Shown here piece after piece: positions 19,539-28,105 of a stretch of 64,000 nucleotides of DNA. The translations under genes were made by a program, and so were the position numbers. The notes below the pieces were generated by a model. It had not been told where the DNA came from, ran no database searches, and saw only the letters and a list, made by a program, of their open reading frames with translations. The first letter of the stretch is position 1, and the number at the start of each line of letters is the position of its first letter. This DNA is from an uncultured Pseudomonadales bacterium (GTDB lineage Bacteria > Patescibacteriota > Microgenomatia > UBA1400 > PJMF01): assembly GCA_964625685.1 (NCBI GenBank), contig CAZVBO010000002.1, positions 55,440 through 119,439 of the forward strand, read 5' to 3'.

Positions 19539-20306
19539 ATGACTGAATTAGATACTCGTACCATCTTTAGTCTTCCGTATATTTATCGGGTTTATGGAGA
19601 CTTTTTACAAAAAAGGCCATTATTGTTGTGGAATAATACACAGCCAAGCCGTGTTACCAGAATGATGCTCAATGAAGTAGGAGAATTGAATGGTGGAGAG
19701 AATACTGGCTTTTTTAGTCATCCTGAGAATAGAGAAGACTATCGTCAACAAGAAGTTTCGGATATTTTTATTTTAGCCTTTTCCATTTTTTTAGCTATGC
19801 GAGTGGAAGAGGATGAGTTGCCGGTAACTCGGATTATGGCTCAAGTCGCTTTTTTTGCAAAAGAATATCGGGTTAGTTTGGTCGATGTAGAACAATCTTT
19901 TACTGTGCCAGCTCCTTTTAATGATAATCAAGATGAAGTATTTCACCGACTCCAAAAACATATTAATGAGCTGGCATCGCCGTTAATAGAGTCAGGTAAT
20001 CTCAAATCAGAGTTTACTCTTAAGAATCTTGAGCAGGATGTCCTATTCTCTCATCTAGAAAAGATTATGGCATTATGTGTGGTGCTTCATGCCTCTATGG
20101 GGTTGCACTTTTCTCGAGCTATTTATGAAAAAATTATCCGGAATATTTTGAAGTATGATCCGAGAGATTTAGAACTTCCAGTTGATTTTGAACAAATGAG
20201 TCCGGAAAGACAGGAAGAAATATTCCAACAAACAATGACAAAGATTAGGCAAAAATGGACCGAAGATGACAATGAACAATTTTATCGGCAATATCAAGTA
20301 ACTTAG
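19539..20306 (+). CDS. Hypothetical protein (all-alpha; weak MazG/NTP-pyrophosphohydrolase-like flavour)
   Basis: 255-aa ORF; the segment MMLNEVGELNGGEN resembles EEAGEL-type MazG/HisE motifs only weakly; located between purB and tmk. Confidence 0.4.
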   Translation: MTELDTRTIFSLPYIYRVYGDFLQKRPLLLWNNTQPSRVTRMMLNEVGELNGGENTGFFSHPENREDYRQQEVSDIFILAFSIFLAMRVEEDELPVTRIMAQVAFFAKEYRVSLVDVEQSFTVPAPFNDNQDEVFHRLQKHINELASPLIESGNLKSEFTLKNLEQDVLFSHLEKIMALCVVLHASMGLHFSRAIYEKIIRNILKYDPRDLELPVDFEQMSPERQEEIFQQTMTKIRQKWTEDDNEQFYRQYQVT

Positions 20307-20366
20307 TTCACATTTACAATTGTTCAAAAAATCAATATGATGGATAGCGATACGTAGAAAGGGAAT

Positions 20367-21002
20367 ATGAAACAAGGTATCTTAATTTCATTTGAAGGTA
20401 TGGAAGGCGCTGGCAAATCTACTCAATGTGCGCTTCTGTCTGAAAAAATGAAGGCTCAAGGGTATGAAACTGTTCTGATTCGTGAACCCGGTGGTGTTCC
20501 TATTTCCGAAGATATTCGCAATGTGGTATTGAGTGCTAAAAATAAAGAAATGGCAGTTACGACTGAGGTACTGTTATTTCAAGCAGCTCGGGCACAATTG
20601 TATGCTCAAGTGGTACTGCCGAGCCTAAAGGCGGGTAAAGTAGTGATTATGGATCGGACCCGTGATAGTAGTGTGATTTACCAAGGAATGGTACGAGGGG
20701 TAGGTATAGAGTTGATAGATTCTCTTAACGATTATTCCACTCAACAAACTTTGCCAGTACTGACTTTTTTGTTGGATGTTCCAGCAGAGGTGGGGATGGA
20801 ACGTATCACTAAATCTCGAGAACTTGATCGAATTGAAAGTGAAGGGGTGGAATTGCAAAAACAGGTTTGCCAGGCCTATTTAGACTATGCCCATCAGGAT
20901 AAATCAGGTAGATGGATAATGGTGGATGGTGAACAATCAATTGAAGAAATTTCTCAAGAAGTGTGGCAACAGGTTCAGACGAAACTCTTACCATCATCAT
21001 AA
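20367..21002 (+). CDS. tmk: Thymidylate (dTMP) kinase
   Basis: ISFEGMEGAGKSTQ P-loop, DRTRDSSVIYQG (DRY-like motif region) and lid region; 211 aa. Confidence 0.88.
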   Translation: MKQGILISFEGMEGAGKSTQCALLSEKMKAQGYETVLIREPGGVPISEDIRNVVLSAKNKEMAVTTEVLLFQAARAQLYAQVVLPSLKAGKVVIMDRTRDSSVIYQGMVRGVGIELIDSLNDYSTQQTLPVLTFLLDVPAEVGMERITKSRELDRIESEGVELQKQVCQAYLDYAHQDKSGRWIMVDGEQSIEEISQEVWQQVQTKLLPSS

Positions 21003-21114
21003 TTTTTCTCAAAAAAGAATAAGCGGAATATTGATTCAGTTGCCTGCATTAGCAAGTCTGAAACAGGGGGCATGGTATACTGACCTCAATAATTCTATTT
21101 ACTCAAGGAGCCGC

Positions 21115-21780
21115 ATGAATTTTTCAACTAAGACTCTCACCATTGCCTCTGTTATCGGTATTTCTGGATTGGTACTCAGTGGATGCAGTTTTCCTGGTCA
21201 GTCGGCCAACCAAAATGGAACTGCCACTCAACAACAAAATCAGCAAGAGGCCCAACAAATGGCTGCCGCCATCCAGAATGGTCAACCTGCTTATTGTCTA
21301 ATGACTAAACCAGGGACGAATGAAAAAATTGAATATTGGGTAAAAAATAAAAAAATGAGAATGATGGGTACTGGCATTTCTAACTCAGATGATTCGGCAG
21401 AGATGATGGGTAATATGATTAGTGATGGAGAGTATATTTACGTTTGGGGGGAGGGTCAAAGTACGGGGGTGAAAATGAAGATCCCTACTGAAGAAGAGCA
21501 AAGGCAATCGCAAGAACGATATCAAGAATATATGGACAAAATTCCATCTGAAGAAGGAAATTACGAACAACACTTAGAATCGGAATACCAAGATCAGGGC
21601 TATACCGTCAATTGTCAGTCGGAAACTATTGGGGATGATCAGTTTATGCCACCCACTAGTATCACCTTTACTGATATGGCAGTCATGATGAAGGCTATGC
21701 CCTCTGCTCCTGTCATGAATGAAGACGATCAAGCCGCTTTTGAAGAGATGATGAAACAGTATCAAGTTCAAGGTCAATAA
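21115..21780 (+). CDS. Lipoprotein, Gln/Glu/Met-rich, function unknown
   Basis: Signal peptide plus lipobox MNFSTKTLTIASVIGISGLVLSGCSF. RBS AAGGAG is 5 nt upstream of the ATG at 21115. The track ORF (20926) carries a 5' extension that overlaps tmk and is not supported. Confidence 0.6.
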   Translation: MNFSTKTLTIASVIGISGLVLSGCSFPGQSANQNGTATQQQNQQEAQQMAAAIQNGQPAYCLMTKPGTNEKIEYWVKNKKMRMMGTGISNSDDSAEMMGNMISDGEYIYVWGEGQSTGVKMKIPTEEEQRQSQERYQEYMDKIPSEEGNYEQHLESEYQDQGYTVNCQSETIGDDQFMPPTSITFTDMAVMMKAMPSAPVMNEDDQAAFEEMMKQYQVQGQ

Positions 21781-21902
21781 TTTTGGTTCTTGCATATCTC
21801 TTACTCAGGTTTTATCATGGGAATCCTAGTGCCAGTCACTAGGATTTTTTTTACCAGTCACTCAAATCATAAGTGCATTCAAGCACTTAGAATGTAATTA
21901 TT

Positions 21903-21928
21903 CCCGCGTCAGACGCGGGATTTTTTTT
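21903..21928 (+). terminator. Rho-independent terminator after the lipoprotein gene
   Basis: CCCGCGTCAGACGCGGG perfect 6-bp GC stem followed by T8. Confidence 0.75.
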
Positions 21929-21971
21929 AGCAATTAAAGAAGGGTTCCAGCTTTTGCCGGAATGATAAATC

Positions 21972-23603
21972 ATGTCCACCTACCAAAAAGTTTCATCATA
22001 TGAGGGTCGAAAAGGAGAAATCAAAAAAGTGGTGTTGCTGTATTCAGGGGGACTTGATACTTCGGTGATGTTGAAGTGGATTCAAGATGAGTATGAGGCA
22101 GAGGTGATTGCCTTGACGATTGATATCGGCCAACAAGCAGACGATTTAGAAAAGATCCGTCAAAAAGCTTTAAAATTAGGGGCTATTAAAGCCTTAGTGA
22201 TTGATGCTAAAAAAGAATTTGCGTATCACTATCTAGCCAAAGGCATTAAAGCCAATGCCAGTTATCAAGGGAAATATCATTTGAGTACGCCGATGGGTCG
22301 GCCACTGCTTTCGAAAATTGCGGTAGATGTAGCCCGTGAATATGGGGCAGATACGATTGCACATGGGTGTACAGGCAAGGGGAACGATCAGGTTAGAATT
22401 GAGGGTTCAATTTTGACTTTAGCTCCAGAAATGAAAATCATCGCTCCAGTACGAGAGTGGAGTATGGGTCGAGATGAAGAGTTGGCTTATGCGAAGAAAA
22501 ACCATATTCCTGTAAAGCAAACCAAAGCTTCTCCCTATTCTTATGACGATAATATGTGGGGGGTGACCGGAGAAAGTGGTGAAATTGAAAATCCAGCTTT
22601 AATTCCGCCACTGAATAAAATTTTGCAAGTCTGCCGTTTAGTCGAAGATACTCCTGATAAACCACAATATATCAAACTCCGGTTTGTGAAAGGTTTACCA
22701 GTTGAAGTTGATGGCAAACCAATGGATTTAGTGGATGTTATTTTGCATTTAAATAAAGTAGGAGCTAAACATGGAGTGGGGGTGACGCATCATATTGAAG
22801 ATCGATTGGTGGGTTTGAAAGTTCGAGGGATGTATGAGGCCCCAGCGGCAGAGATTATCATTAATGCTCATTTTAACTTAGAAAAATATGTCTCCACTCG
22901 GGAAGAAAATGAGTTCAAATCTTTGGTAGATACTAAGTGGGCCTATGTTTGTTATGGGGCACTTTGGTATGAGCCGTTGATGGATGACCTGAATGCTTAT
23001 ATTGAGCAGGTCAATAAAAAAGTTTCAGGCTTGGTCACAGTTAAACTCTTTAAAGGTCAAGCCGAGGTAGTCGCAGTTGATACTGCCAATACTATCTTTG
23101 ATGAAAAACTGGCTACATTTATGAAGAATGATGCTTTCAACCAAAATGCTTCTCCTGGTTTTATTGAAATTTATACTCTTCAAATGCGTTTAGCCCAAAA
23201 TACGGAGCGGTATGCCTTACTCACAATTGGTGAAGAAAGAAATAAGAAAAAGTTTCTACCGTTAGTCAAAGATTTACAGGAATTGGGTTTTAAATTTTAC
23301 GCTACAGAGAATACTCACAAATTCTTGAAAAAGCATAGAATTCCGTCAATTCAAGTTCATAAAATGTATAAAAAGGTCTATCCTTCATTAGAAGATGTAT
23401 TGAAACAAAATTTGTTCGATTTAATAATTCATGTTCCATATGACAAACAATTTGAAGAGTCTAAAGAAGATATAGAAGTCATTCATCGTTGGGCAGTGAG
23501 AAATAATATTAAGATTGTGGATCAATTTGATATCGCTAAAAAGCTCGTCGATGAATTAAAAAAACGCTTAGTTATGAGAAAGAATGGGAATGGGAAAAAG
23601 TAA
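21972..23603 (+). CDS. argG: Argininosuccinate synthase fused to a C-terminal MGS-like (methylglyoxal-synthase-like) regulatory domain
   Basis: N-terminal VVLLYSGGLDTSVMLKWIQDEY...IALTIDIGQ is the ArgG PP-loop. The C-terminal ~130 aa (ALLTIGEERNKKKFLPLVKDLQELGFKFYATENTHKFLKKHRIPSIQV...DLIIHVPYD...AVRNNIKIV) follow the MGS-like pattern seen in CarB C-terminus / PurH N-terminus. Confidence 0.75.
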   Translation: MSTYQKVSSYEGRKGEIKKVVLLYSGGLDTSVMLKWIQDEYEAEVIALTIDIGQQADDLEKIRQKALKLGAIKALVIDAKKEFAYHYLAKGIKANASYQGKYHLSTPMGRPLLSKIAVDVAREYGADTIAHGCTGKGNDQVRIEGSILTLAPEMKIIAPVREWSMGRDEELAYAKKNHIPVKQTKASPYSYDDNMWGVTGESGEIENPALIPPLNKILQVCRLVEDTPDKPQYIKLRFVKGLPVEVDGKPMDLVDVILHLNKVGAKHGVGVTHHIEDRLVGLKVRGMYEAPAAEIIINAHFNLEKYVSTREENEFKSLVDTKWAYVCYGALWYEPLMDDLNAYIEQVNKKVSGLVTVKLFKGQAEVVAVDTANTIFDEKLATFMKNDAFNQNASPGFIEIYTLQMRLAQNTERYALLTIGEERNKKKFLPLVKDLQELGFKFYATENTHKFLKKHRIPSIQVHKMYKKVYPSLEDVLKQNLFDLIIHVPYDKQFEESKEDIEVIHRWAVRNNIKIVDQFDIAKKLVDELKKRLVMRKNGNGKK

Positions 23604-24588
23604 AATGCAAGGTTGGAATTTTAAACCACTTATTTTAGAGGCGATTTCACAGCACGGAGGATGGGTGAATGCTCATGCTCATGTAGATCGAGCTTTTACC
23701 ATCAATCCAAATAGTCTTGAACTCTATAAGAAGCACTCACTTCAGGAAAAGTGGGATTTAGTTGATGAAGTAAAGCAAAATGCTACTGAAGAAGATTACT
23801 ATCGAAGATTTTCTCAAGCAATTGAAGTCATGATCTCTCAGGGAGTAACCGTGTTGGGTTCTTTTGTGGACATTGATCCTGTATGTGAAGATCGAGCAAT
23901 TAAGGCAGGCATTCGAGCACGGGAACACTATCAAAAAGATATTCAAGTAAAGTTTGGAATTCAGACTTTAAAAGGAGTTATTGAACCATCAGCCCGGTAT
24001 TGGTTTGATAGAGGCAGTGAATTAGTAGATATCATCGGTGGCTTACCCAAACGTGATGAGAGAGATTATGGAAAGGGTAAAGAACATATGGAACTCTTAC
24101 TAAGAAGAGGAAAAGAGATGGGGAAATTAGTTCATGTTCATGTTGATCAATTTAATACTCCTGATGATAAAGAAACAGAATTATTATGTGATTTAACCGC
24201 TGAATATGGTATGCAAAATCGAGTAGTAGCCATTCATGGAATTTCTTTGGGAGCACATTCAAAAACGTACCGTCAAAAAGTCTACCGAAAAATGAAGAAA
24301 AATGGAGTGATGATTATTGCTTGTCCGGTTGCATGGATAGATTCAGCTCGAACTGAAAAAAAGTTGCCTACTCATAATTCTTTAACTCCTATTGATGAGC
24401 TCATCCCAGCAGGAGTGACAGTAGCACTAGGAACTGATAATATCTGTGATTATATGGTGCCTTTTTGTGATGGAGATATGTGGCAAGAACTGATGTTATT
24501 GGCCACGGGAAATCGATATGTTGAAATTGATCAACTCGTATCAATTGCGACCACCAATGGTCGAAAGGTTTTGGGTTTAGCGCCATGA
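23584..24588 (+). CDS. Amidohydrolase-superfamily protein, cytosine-deaminase (CodA)-like; a divergent dihydroorotase is the alternative
   Basis: Metal-ligand motif GWVNAHAHVDRAF (HxH) plus later HVHVD and His/Asp positions in the order seen in CodA; first gene of a block that continues pyrD-upp-pyrE-pyrF with overlapping junctions. Confidence 0.5.
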   Translation: MGMGKSKMQGWNFKPLILEAISQHGGWVNAHAHVDRAFTINPNSLELYKKHSLQEKWDLVDEVKQNATEEDYYRRFSQAIEVMISQGVTVLGSFVDIDPVCEDRAIKAGIRAREHYQKDIQVKFGIQTLKGVIEPSARYWFDRGSELVDIIGGLPKRDERDYGKGKEHMELLLRRGKEMGKLVHVHVDQFNTPDDKETELLCDLTAEYGMQNRVVAIHGISLGAHSKTYRQKVYRKMKKNGVMIIACPVAWIDSARTEKKLPTHNSLTPIDELIPAGVTVALGTDNICDYMVPFCDGDMWQELMLLATGNRYVEIDQLVSIATTNGRKVLGLAP

Positions 24589-25661
24589 AAGTGCCATTTT
24601 ATGATCCCACTCTTTCTTATGAAGATAATTTAGAGCAAGGACCTTTTGGTGAGTTTGCTGAAGTTGGGATGATTGAGAGACATGACTACAATCCTACTTA
24701 TTCATTTTTGGGTTCAAAAGTATATACCCCTTTCGGAATTCCAGCTGGACCATTAATTAATGCTAATTTTGTAAGTGCGGCTTTTAAAAAGGGCTTTGAC
24801 ATCTGTGTCTATAAAACTGTTCGTAGTCGGGCCTTACCATGTCATCCTCAGCCGAATGTATTAGCAGTTCAGGTTGAGGGTGATTTAACTTTAGAAAAAG
24901 CACAAGGGGAATTGATTGCCACTTCAGATTACACAGAACCGCTGTCTATTACGAACTCTTTTGGAGTTCCATCTTTGGAACCAGAACAATGGCAACCAGA
25001 TATGAAAAAAGCGGTTGAAGCAGCTGGTGAAGGGCAAGTCATGGTAGGAAGTTTTCAAGGTACTAAATCTGAATCAGGGAATCCAGAAGATTTAGTCACT
25101 GATTATGTTTTGGCAGCCCAACTGGTCAAAGAAACCGGAGCGAAAATTCTTGAAGCTAATTTAAGTTGCCCTAATGAAGGGACAGCCGACTTGTTGTGTT
25201 TTGATGTAGACAGAGTAGAGGTCATTGCTCGTAAAATTAAAGAAGAAATTGGGAATACGCCTTTGCTGATGAAGTTTGCCTATTTTGAGTCAAATGAGCA
25301 GTTAGAAAAGTTGGTGAAGCATCTTGGGCCAATTATCGATGGATTTTCGGCCATTAACACCATTCCGGCTGCTATTGTCAATAGAGAAGGAGATCAAGCA
25401 CTTCCAGGTGAAGGCAGACTCCGAAGTGGAGTGTGCGGATCCAGTATCCAATGGGCTGGTTTAGATATGGTAAAACGACTCAATCGATTGAGGAGTCACC
25501 ACGAAATGAAGTTTACTATTGTCGGTGTGGGTGGAGTGATGTCAGTCGATGCTTACAAAGCATATCGGCAGGCAGGAGCCGACGCCGTGATGAGTGCTAC
25601 GGGAGCGATGTGGCACCCAGATTTAGGAAGGAAAATCTTTGAAGATGAACACCGGCGATAA
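24585..25661 (+). CDS. pyrD: Dihydroorotate dehydrogenase-like (class 1 DHODH / DHPD family TIM-barrel flavoprotein)
   Basis: ANLSCPN motif, catalytic-loop cysteine region, C-terminal IVGVGGVMSVDAYKAYRQAGADAVMSATGAMWHP FMN-binding end; 358 aa. Confidence 0.7.
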   Translation: MKVPFYDPTLSYEDNLEQGPFGEFAEVGMIERHDYNPTYSFLGSKVYTPFGIPAGPLINANFVSAAFKKGFDICVYKTVRSRALPCHPQPNVLAVQVEGDLTLEKAQGELIATSDYTEPLSITNSFGVPSLEPEQWQPDMKKAVEAAGEGQVMVGSFQGTKSESGNPEDLVTDYVLAAQLVKETGAKILEANLSCPNEGTADLLCFDVDRVEVIARKIKEEIGNTPLLMKFAYFESNEQLEKLVKHLGPIIDGFSAINTIPAAIVNREGDQALPGEGRLRSGVCGSSIQWAGLDMVKRLNRLRSHHEMKFTIVGVGGVMSVDAYKAYRQAGADAVMSATGAMWHPDLGRKIFEDEHRR

Positions 25662-26283
25662 CCAAGTCCATGTAATTGACCATCCTTTTGTTCAGGATTC
25701 ATTAACACATTTGCGCAATAAAGACACAAAGTTGCAAAAATTTCGGCATCACTCCGATAAAATTTGTCAACTATTATTTGCTGAAGCCATTCGAGGTTCA
25801 GAGTTTAGTGAAATTGAGATTGAGACTCCCTTAACGACCATGAAATCTCCCAAGTTGGCTGATGAAATTATTGTGGTTCCGGTACTGCGTGCAGGTTTAG
25901 CCATGCTCTTTGGAGCCATACACTTGTTGCCGAAGTCCAAAGTAGGGTTCATTGGCTTACAGCGAGATGAAAATACGGCCATAGCGAGTGAATACTACTG
26001 TAAATTTCCCCCCATCCAAGAAAACAGTGTAGTGATTGTGACTGATCCGATGTTGGCCACTGGGGGATCATCTATTCATTTATTACGTAAAGTCAGTCAA
26101 CAGCACCCCAAAGAAATGCGGTTAGTTTGTGTTTTGGCCGCTCCTGAAGGAATTGAAGCCGTTCACCAAGAATTTCCTGATGTTCAAATTTTTACCGCTG
26201 CCATTGATCAAAAGTTGAATGCCCAAAAATATATAGTCCCAGGACTTGGCGACTATGGTGATCGCTACTTTGGAACAGAATAA
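25639..26283 (+). CDS. upp: Uracil phosphoribosyltransferase
   Basis: VVIVTDPMLATGGS PRPP-binding motif and C-terminal YIVPGLGDYGDRYFGT, diagnostic of UPRTase. Confidence 0.85.
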   Translation: MKMNTGDNQVHVIDHPFVQDSLTHLRNKDTKLQKFRHHSDKICQLLFAEAIRGSEFSEIEIETPLTTMKSPKLADEIIVVPVLRAGLAMLFGAIHLLPKSKVGFIGLQRDENTAIASEYYCKFPPIQENSVVIVTDPMLATGGSSIHLLRKVSQQHPKEMRLVCVLAAPEGIEAVHQEFPDVQIFTAAIDQKLNAQKYIVPGLGDYGDRYFGTE

Positions 26284-26305
26284 ATTATTTTTTTAAAGGA
26301 AACTG

Positions 26306-26950
26306 ATGAAAAATTACCAACAGTCAGTAGCTAAGGCGTTACTTGATATTCAAGCAGTCCGATTTACTCCTCAAGAACCTGTTCGATTTAAATCAGGTTT
26401 GTTGTCACCAATTTATTTAGATAATCGCATTTTCCCTTTTTATCCAGTGGCATGGAGAAGAGTTTTAGCTGGATTCAAACAGATGATTGAATCAGAAAAA
26501 ATCCAATTTGATTTGATTGCTGGAGTGGAGTCAGCTGGTATTCCTCACAGCGCTGCACTAGGCTTTTCTTTAAAAAAACCTTCTGTTTTTGTTCGTAAAG
26601 CTCTGAAGGAACATGGAACTAAAAAAAGGGTTGAAGGAGGAAATGTTAAAGGAAAACAAGTTGTTTTGATTGAAGATCATATTACTACTGGCAGTAGTAG
26701 TCTAGCCGGTGTAGATGCTTTACGTACGGAAGGTGCAAAAGTTAAACATTGTTTAGCCATTACCAGTTACGAATTTGAAGTTGCGGATACTTTGTTTTCT
26801 AAATCAAAAGTGAAGCTTCATACCCTTACTAATTTTTCAATTATTTTAAATGAAGCTTTAAAACGAAAACTCTTTTCACTAGAAGAAAAGAGGATGATTG
26901 AAGATTGGTTTAAAGATAGTAACAAATGGGAAAAAAAGTATTTTGGATAA
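26306..26950 (+). CDS. pyrE: Orotate phosphoribosyltransferase
   Basis: KSGLLSPIYLDNR and QVVLIEDHITTGSS PRTase type-I motif; 214 aa. Confidence 0.8.
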   Translation: MKNYQQSVAKALLDIQAVRFTPQEPVRFKSGLLSPIYLDNRIFPFYPVAWRRVLAGFKQMIESEKIQFDLIAGVESAGIPHSAALGFSLKKPSVFVRKALKEHGTKKRVEGGNVKGKQVVLIEDHITTGSSSLAGVDALRTEGAKVKHCLAITSYEFEVADTLFSKSKVKLHTLTNFSIILNEALKRKLFSLEEKRMIEDWFKDSNKWEKKYFG

Positions 26951-26956
26951 ATCCTT

Positions 26957-27769
26957 ATGACTACTTTTCAACAAAAACTTGATCAAATTCAAACACAGTC
27001 AAATTCTTTGGTCTGTGTTGGCCTCGACAGTGACATCGCTAAATTACCATCGCGATTTCTAAAAGCAGAACATCCTCAATTTGAGTTTAATAAATGGATT
27101 ATTGATCAAACTCATGACTTAGTCTGTGCTTATAAACCGAATTCAGCTTTTTATGAAGCCCGAGGAGCAGCCGGATTGATCGAGTTGGAGATGACGCTTG
27201 AGTATTTGCACCACAACTATTCCGAAGTTATTACGATTGATGATGCTAAGCGGGCAGATATTGGGAATACCAACAATGGGTATGTTCAGGCTATTTTTGA
27301 CCAACTGGGTTTTGATGCCGTTACGCTACATCCCTACTTAGGTCAGGAAGCGCTGCAACCATTTTTAGATCGAGCGGATAAAGGGTGTATTATCTTGTGT
27401 CGAACCAGCAATCCTGGAGCAGGGGAGTTCCAGGATTTAGCAGTGGGAAAAACCAAAAAACCACTCTGGCAGACTATAGCCGAACAGGTGAACCAGACGT
27501 GGAATCAGCACCAAAACTGTTTGCTCGTTGTTGGCGCTACTTATCCACAAGAAATGAAGGTAATTCGTCAACTGGTGGGAGAAATGACATTTTTAGTCCC
27601 AGGAATTGGAGCTCAGGGAGGCGATATTGAGGCTGTGCTGGCTGTTGGCTTAAATTCGCAAAAGAGGGGGCTGATTATTAATTCCGCTCGGGCCATTATC
27701 TTTGCGGATGATCCCCGTCAAGAAACGCAAAAACTTCGCGATGAGATTAATAACTTCCGGAAAGTGTAA
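26957..27769 (+). CDS. pyrF: Orotidine-5'-phosphate decarboxylase (long / type 2 form)
   Basis: LVCVGLDSD (active-site Asp-x-Lys region in the long form), DDAKRADIGNT; 270 aa. Confidence 0.8.
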   Translation: MTTFQQKLDQIQTQSNSLVCVGLDSDIAKLPSRFLKAEHPQFEFNKWIIDQTHDLVCAYKPNSAFYEARGAAGLIELEMTLEYLHHNYSEVITIDDAKRADIGNTNNGYVQAIFDQLGFDAVTLHPYLGQEALQPFLDRADKGCIILCRTSNPGAGEFQDLAVGKTKKPLWQTIAEQVNQTWNQHQNCLLVVGATYPQEMKVIRQLVGEMTFLVPGIGAQGGDIEAVLAVGLNSQKRGLIINSARAIIFADDPRQETQKLRDEINNFRKV

Positions 27770-27910
27770 CTTTTTTCTTACTGTATCCATACTTTTCTGT
27801 TAAATACATACTAAATACATCAAAATATATCCTATATTTTTGGGGGTTGTCATATTTTTATTGATATAGTTTAATACCTATTAATCAAAAGTGAAGATTT
27901 TGAGGCGATG

Positions 27911-28090
27911 ACATCCAGATGTTTTCGCTCCCAAGCAACTGAATCTTGTACTGATCCTAGTACAGGAGAAAAACCAAGCGAGCTGAAACAGAGTGGATGT
28001 TTTTTTTTATAAAATTATGAAAAAGTGTAAGCAAAGTATCAATAATAAGAAAAAGGTTTAACTAAACCCCCGTTCGCTGCGGGGGTTTTT
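27911..28090 (+). repeat. Copy 1 of a conserved ~170-180-bp leader element ending in an intrinsic terminator (candidate cis-regulatory RNA)
   Basis: Near-identical to 30756-30926. Contains hairpin CTTGTACT-GATCCT-AGTACAGG, a 9-T run, a mini-ORF (28017-28061, MKKCKQSINNKKKV) and terminator AAACCCCCG-TTCGCT-GCGGGGGTTTTT (28066-28090), 16 nt before the ATG of the next gene. Confidence 0.8.
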
Positions 28091-28105
28091 GATAGAGGGA
28101 GAAAA

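Noticed and set aside
20926-21114. 5' extension of the lipoprotein ORF given in the track (start 20926)
   Set aside because: The extension overlaps the 3' end of tmk in another frame. A strong RBS and a lipoprotein signal peptide begin at 21115, so the true start is almost certainly there.
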